Assembly: GCF_000018465.1 (NCBI RefSeq)
Contig: NC_010085.1
Span: forward strand, 1,200,001 to 1,232,000
Source of the DNA: Nitrosopumilus maritimus SCM1
GTDB taxonomy: Archaea; Thermoproteota; Nitrososphaeria; Nitrososphaerales; Nitrosopumilaceae
DNA: 32,000 nucleotides
Reading direction: 5' to 3'
The notes under the pieces were generated by a model. The model worked only from the letters and a program-made list of their open reading frames with translations. It was not told the origin of the DNA and did no database searches. Shown here in pieces: positions 27,383 through 32,000 of this stretch. Within the stretch, counting starts at the first letter, position 1. Every line of letters begins with the position of its first letter. The position numbers were made by a program, and so were the translations under genes.

Positions 27383-27637
27383 CTAAATCACTGTAGATGG
27401 TGCATCATGTAATGTAATAACGCTACGTACATTTCTCATAGGACGGATAATGGATAGAACTAGTTTGTGTAGTTTGTCATGCGGTAGTTCAGTTTTTACA
27501 ATACAATCATATGCGCCATGGACAGGTGTCGCTTCCTCTACACCAGAAAGTTGTTGGATAGAATTTGCAACTTCAATGTTCTTGTTGACCGCACATGTAA
27601 GAAGCAAATACGATGTATCCATACCTTTTTTGAGCAA
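27383..27637 (-). CDS. Stand-alone Lrp/AsnC ligand-binding (RAM) domain protein
   Basis: TSYLLLTCAVNKNIEVANSIQQLSGVEEATPVHGAYDCIVKTELPHDKLHKLVLSIIRPMRNVRSVITL, no HTH. Confidence 0.82.
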   Translation of the reverse strand: MLKKGMDTSYLLLTCAVNKNIEVANSIQQLSGVEEATPVHGAYDCIVKTELPHDKLHKLVLSIIRPMRNVRSVITLHDAPSTVI

Positions 27638-27902
27638 GAATCATTATTATTGTTTCATAAGCTTAAGTGTTGATTTTCAAGTGTTTTGTTGAATGGGGAT
27701 TATAGGTGATGCCAGCGTAATGTAAGCATGACAAAAAATAGGGATTTGGAGGAATACGAAAGAAAAAGACTCGAGAAATGGAAGATTGGCAGAAAAAACT
27801 ATCCATAGAATTCTTTAGGCAAGATTTGCAACATCAGTTCCATGGGCTAAGATCTAATCAAGTATTACGATGTAACACATTTCAGAGGTATTGATGTTTT
27901 AC

Positions 27903-28793
27903 TTAGATCATTTGTTTGAGACCTTTGCATCTGTTTCTGACAGTAACCTCTGTGATTCCCGCTGCATCTGCAATTTCTTTTTGAGTCCTAAATTCCTCCA
28001 AATCTATTGACGCCAGGTATAATGCAGAGGCAGCCAGTCCCATAGGATGCTTCCCTGCAGACATGTTTTGTTTTTCTGCCTTTTTTAGAATTTTTATGGC
28101 ATATCTTTTTGTTTTCTCAGACAGTTCTGCATTGCTTGCAATTTTTGCAATACAGGAGACAGAGTCAATTACGGGCATTTTAAGGTCTAACTCTTTGAAT
28201 ATGAGCCGGTATGTTGCAGAGATTTCTTTGCGTTTAATTCCTATGGATGCTGCAACTTCTCGGAGTGTCCTGGGAGCTTCTGATTCACGGCATGCGGCAT
28301 AAAGACAAGCTGCAACAAGAGATGCAATAGAACGCCCCTTGACCAGTTTTTTCTCCAGTGCCTTTCTATAGATGTACGATGCTTTTTCAGCAATTGCGTC
28401 AGACAAGGACAATTTTTCTTTCATTTTTGACAATTCCAGCAGTGCTTGTTGCAAATTTCTGTCATCATTGGTCTTTATGCGACTTCGATTATCCCATTTC
28501 CGGAGTCGTGTCATGGATGATTTCATTGACGCAGACAAGGGACTTCCAGCAGAATCTTTGTCAAAGGGGTTAATCACAGTGCTAAGTCCCCTGTCATGTC
28601 TTGTCAAAGATGTCTTGTCGCCAGTATGGGATTTATCGGTAGTTGAATTTGCAAATGCTCTTTCGGGTCTGCGGTCATTAGTTTTCTCTTCAACCACAAT
28701 ACCGCAATTTGAACAAAATATTTCTGACGATTCAACATCAGTGACTAGCGCGTTTTTTCCACATCTAGGACATTTGATTTCTTGTGAACTCAT
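27903..28793 (-). CDS. tfb: Transcription initiation factor IIB (TFB)
   Basis: Zinc ribbon CPRCGKNALVTDVESSEIFCSNCGIVVEE, B-reader region and two cyclin folds. Start placed at MSSQEIKCPRC (28793); the track start is 28823. Confidence 0.93.
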   Translation of the reverse strand: MSSQEIKCPRCGKNALVTDVESSEIFCSNCGIVVEEKTNDRRPERAFANSTTDKSHTGDKTSLTRHDRGLSTVINPFDKDSAGSPLSASMKSSMTRLRKWDNRSRIKTNDDRNLQQALLELSKMKEKLSLSDAIAEKASYIYRKALEKKLVKGRSIASLVAACLYAACRESEAPRTLREVAASIGIKRKEISATYRLIFKELDLKMPVIDSVSCIAKIASNAELSEKTKRYAIKILKKAEKQNMSAGKHPMGLAASALYLASIDLEEFRTQKEIADAAGITEVTVRNRCKGLKQMI

Positions 28794-29189
28794 GATATGA
28801 TCAAAAAACCTTCCCGACGACATTGGGATTTGAAAATTTGTGTGCTCGTATGATCTTACCTATTGCCAATTCTTTCATGTTGGCAAAATATTATCACCTT
28901 ACATGTTATAAAACCATCGATAAAAATATCTGTGAATTATTAATGCAATAATTTTTAAACAAACTTTGTAATACTGTTATTACGATTTTGATGCAAGGAG
29001 CTAGAATATTACCCAAGACACACTCTCTTTGCATCAATCTCGATTCAATTTAAAAAATACATCAATGAAATTTATGAGATACGTGCATATTGGAAAAAAT
29101 TTCAATAATGCATAACATTTCAGCTAATAACTTGATTTTCAGCTCAAAACGGTATGAAGTATAATATGATTTGATGGGAAATTAAACGT

Positions 29190-30119
29190 ATGAAGCAAGT
29201 TCTGGAATATTGTTTTAAGAACAACCACACATCTCCGATTACAGACATCACTACAGGTGAGATTTGCTGCAGTGATTGTGGTACAGTTATTGTTGAAAAA
29301 ACTATTGACCGTTCAAACGGTTTACCTGCCAATACAAAAGAAGATTTTATGAATAGAACTCAATACGGCCCTCCAACTAAAATTGCAATCTCAGACATGT
29401 CAAAGACATCAATGATTTCAAAGAAAAACCAGGATTCTGCAGGACAAAAACTGCACAGTGATGCAAAAAGGCATTTTTCACGACTAAGATTGTGGGATTC
29501 ACGCAGCAAGTCTGACAGAGCCGAAAGAAATCTTGTAAAAGCATTTTCAATACTAGACGCATATGCAAGTAATTTGGGCATTCCAGAAAACGCAAAAGAA
29601 CATGCAGCATATATCTACAGAAAGGCACTGGAGAAGAACCTCATAAGAGGAAGCTCAATTCATACAATGGTAGCAGGCTCTGTTTATGTGACATGCAAGC
29701 AACTTGGAATTCCGAGAAGTGCAGACGATACAACAAGAGTGTCCAACATCAGCAGAAGAAGGTTGTCAAAAGCATACAAACGTCTTGTAAAAAATCTGGA
29801 CCTGAAAATTGATCCTTCAGAAACAGATTTTGTGACGCAGGTTGCCAACTCATTGTCTGTCAGTGAAAAAACAAAACGGCTTGCAATAAAAATAATCAAC
29901 GATGTCAAAAAAGAAAAAATACATGTAGGAAAAAGACCTCTTGGGATTACGGCTGCAGCTGTGTATCTTTCTGCAATAAATTATGACGAGCCAAAGTCCA
30001 TGGCAAAAATTTCAAAGGTAACCAACATAAGCACAGTTACAATTAGAAAAATAATAAAACTAGTAAGACCATTTGCTGCCAAATACATCAAAAGCATTGA
30101 TGTTGGAATAACACAGTAA
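29190..30119 (+). CDS. tfb: Transcription initiation factor IIB (TFB), second paralog
   Basis: CFKNNHTSPITDITTGEICCSDCGTVIVEK, RLRLWDSRSKSDRAERNLVKAFSILD, two cyclin folds with the KRPLGITAAAVYLSAI type motif (GKRPLG here reads GKRPLGITAAAVYLSA). Confidence 0.92.
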   Translation: MKQVLEYCFKNNHTSPITDITTGEICCSDCGTVIVEKTIDRSNGLPANTKEDFMNRTQYGPPTKIAISDMSKTSMISKKNQDSAGQKLHSDAKRHFSRLRLWDSRSKSDRAERNLVKAFSILDAYASNLGIPENAKEHAAYIYRKALEKNLIRGSSIHTMVAGSVYVTCKQLGIPRSADDTTRVSNISRRRLSKAYKRLVKNLDLKIDPSETDFVTQVANSLSVSEKTKRLAIKIINDVKKEKIHVGKRPLGITAAAVYLSAINYDEPKSMAKISKVTNISTVTIRKIIKLVRPFAAKYIKSIDVGITQ

Positions 30120-30120
30120 G

Positions 30121-30312
30121 ATGTCTCAAAATGAATTTGAAAAAATAAAAAGATACGAAAGTTTGCAGGACGAATACAAGAATCTCCTTTCAGAATACGA
30201 AGAGCTTAAAACAAGCAATCCTTACAATTTGCAGTTAACAAATAAAATTGTCGAACTTACCGCAAAACAGAAAGAAATTGAAACATCTTTGTCAGAACTC
30301 AAAGAAATCTAG
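30121..30312 (+). CDS. Small coiled-coil protein (63 aa)
   Basis: Heptad-rich Glu/Lys/Leu sequence; starts 1 nt after the TFB stop codon. Confidence 0.55.
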   Translation: MSQNEFEKIKRYESLQDEYKNLLSEYEELKTSNPYNLQLTNKIVELTAKQKEIETSLSELKEI

Positions 30313-30806
30313 TTTTTATTTTCTAGATTAATCGTAGAGGGTTTTTGTTCTTTGCGAGAAATTGAAACAAGAACCTCGTCAAATTTTTTATTTGGAATCC
30401 AGATTCTTTTTTTATCTTCATCAATCTCAATTATTGTTTTTGTCAAACCCAGCTTGAGAATAGTTCCTTTGCGATTTTCTATTTCAATCTTGGAACCGAC
30501 ATGAATGTTTGTGCTTAATGCTATGCTTATGCCAGATGCGGCATTTTGTAATTTGTTGAGATACACAAATGCTGCAAAAATCAGTATTGCACTAAGGGAC
30601 GTTACAGTCTCCAAGGCATACGTTAGAAGATCAAAATTTATTGAAAGATAGATTCCCTCTGCAATAACTATTAACAATATAATGACGACTAGTGCCTTGT
30701 AGGATCCTTCTAGCTTTTTGAACTTGTAAAAATCAACAAGTTTTGCAGATGCAATGGCAACAACAGTAACTAGAATTGATATTATTGCATGGATTTCTAA
30801 AGCCAT
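30309..30806 (-). CDS. Short MscS-like membrane protein, paralog of 25396..25866
   Basis: ALETVTSLSAILIFAAFVYLNKLQNAASGISIALSTNIHVGSKIEIENRKGTILKLGLTKTIIEIDEDKKRIWIPNKKF. Confidence 0.75.
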   Translation of the reverse strand: MALEIHAIISILVTVVAIASAKLVDFYKFKKLEGSYKALVVIILLIVIAEGIYLSINFDLLTYALETVTSLSAILIFAAFVYLNKLQNAASGISIALSTNIHVGSKIEIENRKGTILKLGLTKTIIEIDEDKKRIWIPNKKFDEVLVSISRKEQKPSTINLENKN

Positions 30807-30830
30807 TTTCTTCTCACATGCGTTTCAAGT

Positions 30831-31745
30831 TTAGTTTAGAAAGTTTTCTATAGGATCCAATACAGAAAACTCTCTGGATCCAATGTAGTTGGGGCGAGGT
30901 TCCAATCCACAAAATGGTGTGATTAGTTTATTGTGAATACTATTGAATACAATAAACGCGTTGCTTCGCGGATAAGGGGAAATATTTCCATTAGAGCCAT
31001 GCATGATATTGCAGTCAAAGAATATTGCAGAGCCTGCATCACCTTTGGCAGATACAATTCCTCCTTTTTCTACCATATCCTCAAGGATTTTCTTGTCAGG
31101 AGTACCTATCTCTTGTCTTTTTAGGGATTGTTTGTAGTGTTTGTCAGGAGTTGTACCAGAACACGAGACAAATTCTTTGTGAGATCCTGGAATGACCATC
31201 AGAGGACCGTTAAACTCATAGTTTTTTGTAAGACTGACAGAGCACGAGACAGCACGCATGTTTGGCATGCCATCCTCAGAGTGCCACGTCTCAAAGTCCG
31301 AATGCCAGTAGAACTCTTTTCCATCAAATCCAGGTTTCAGATTAACTCGGGATTGATGTACGTACACTTTGCTTCCTAAAAGCTGCTGAGCCACATCTAC
31401 AAGTCTACTGTCTTTGCAAAGTCTGCTAAAAATCTCACTTAGTTTATGTATTTCAAATATGGAACGTACATCTTTTTTTGTTTCCTCCAAGATGAATTGA
31501 GGCAGTTCTTTTTTAGAGTCATCTTTTGACAATGCCTTTAGTTCATCAAGTAATGCAGTCACCTCATCTATAGAAAACAGATTCTCAAATACAAGATATC
31601 CGTTTTTCTCAAAAAAATCCTCTTGTTTCCTAGTCAAAGAGGTTAAAGAACTTGGATATACCACAGGATCAGTCCTTGGGATAATTTTTGATTCAGAATT
31701 CATTCTTGTTGGATAAAAATCCATTTCAGTGTTATTTTGATACAT
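30831..31745 (-). CDS. ectD: Ectoine hydroxylase (phytanoyl-CoA dioxygenase family)
   Basis: EFYWHSDFETWHSEDGMPNMRAVSCSVSLTKNYEFNGPLMVIPGSHKEF is the EctD signature; downstream of ectC. Confidence 0.94.
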   Translation of the reverse strand: MYQNNTEMDFYPTRMNSESKIIPRTDPVVYPSSLTSLTRKQEDFFEKNGYLVFENLFSIDEVTALLDELKALSKDDSKKELPQFILEETKKDVRSIFEIHKLSEIFSRLCKDSRLVDVAQQLLGSKVYVHQSRVNLKPGFDGKEFYWHSDFETWHSEDGMPNMRAVSCSVSLTKNYEFNGPLMVIPGSHKEFVSCSGTTPDKHYKQSLKRQEIGTPDKKILEDMVEKGGIVSAKGDAGSAIFFDCNIMHGSNGNISPYPRSNAFIVFNSIHNKLITPFCGLEPRPNYIGSREFSVLDPIENFLN

Positions 31746-31746
31746 T

Positions 31747-32000
31747 TTACTTCTCCGTTAATAATGGATACACTCCTTGGGTATCATGAGTTTCAGGACC
31801 CACAAGTGGAGGATTAAAGACGCATATCATCTTCATTTCTGAAAATGCGCGTAGTACATGCTTGTCATGTTTGTCTAATGCATAAATTGTTCCTGGATGA
31901 ATTTCATGTCTAGTCCCGTCTTCTTCTTCAATTTCGCCGACTCCTTCCAGACAAAACACAGCTTCGAGGTGATGCTTGTACCAAATCTTTGTTTCTGTTT
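31747..32000 (-). CDS. ectC: L-ectoine synthase, N-terminus truncated by window edge
   Basis: Reverse reading from the edge: [72 protein letters not shown]. Confidence 0.93.
   Translation of the reverse strand, partial: TETKIWYKHHLEAVFCLEGVGEIEEEDGTRHEIHPGTIYALDKHDKHVLRAFSEMKMICVFNPPLVGPETHDTQGVYPLLTEK

Noticed and set aside
27728-27808. 26-aa plus-strand micro-ORF MTKNRDLEEYERKRLEKWKIGRKNYP
   Set aside because: Too short to support without conservation data.

Overview
The window looks like a marine ammonia-oxidising thaumarchaeon (Nitrosopumilus-like). This is inferred from a eukaryotic-type topoisomerase IB, two TFB genes, many small winged-helix regulators, and an ectC/ectD pair next to MscS-type genes. 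Housekeeping content includes glutamate dehydrogenase (partial, left edge), proteasome alpha subunit, a methyltransferase and MFS pair, a PII-like protein, TatA, a beta-class DNA methyltransferase, a DUF1998-type helicase, an SDR, TopoIB, an intron-containing tRNA-Met(CAT), a ParB-like protein, UspA proteins, MscS-type proteins, two TFBs, and ectD plus partial ectC. The least explained part is about 12.8-15.3 kb. There, an intron-containing tRNA-Met is followed by a tyrosine recombinase with a C-terminal zinc ribbon. About 1 kb of non-coding DNA comes next. It holds AT-rich repeats, five AAGATCTT-centred palindromes (two are perfect 16-mers) enclosed by a perfect 12-bp inverted repeat, and a hairpin-rich segment. 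Other notable items are a secreted protein with calcium-binding-type Asp repeats plus Cys-pair/His-rich repeats containing HEVGH, a secreted protein built from three about 140-aa repeats, a ParB-like protein with no visible ParA, and a PII-like protein with a shortened T-loop. All calls come from reading the sequence; no database search was run.
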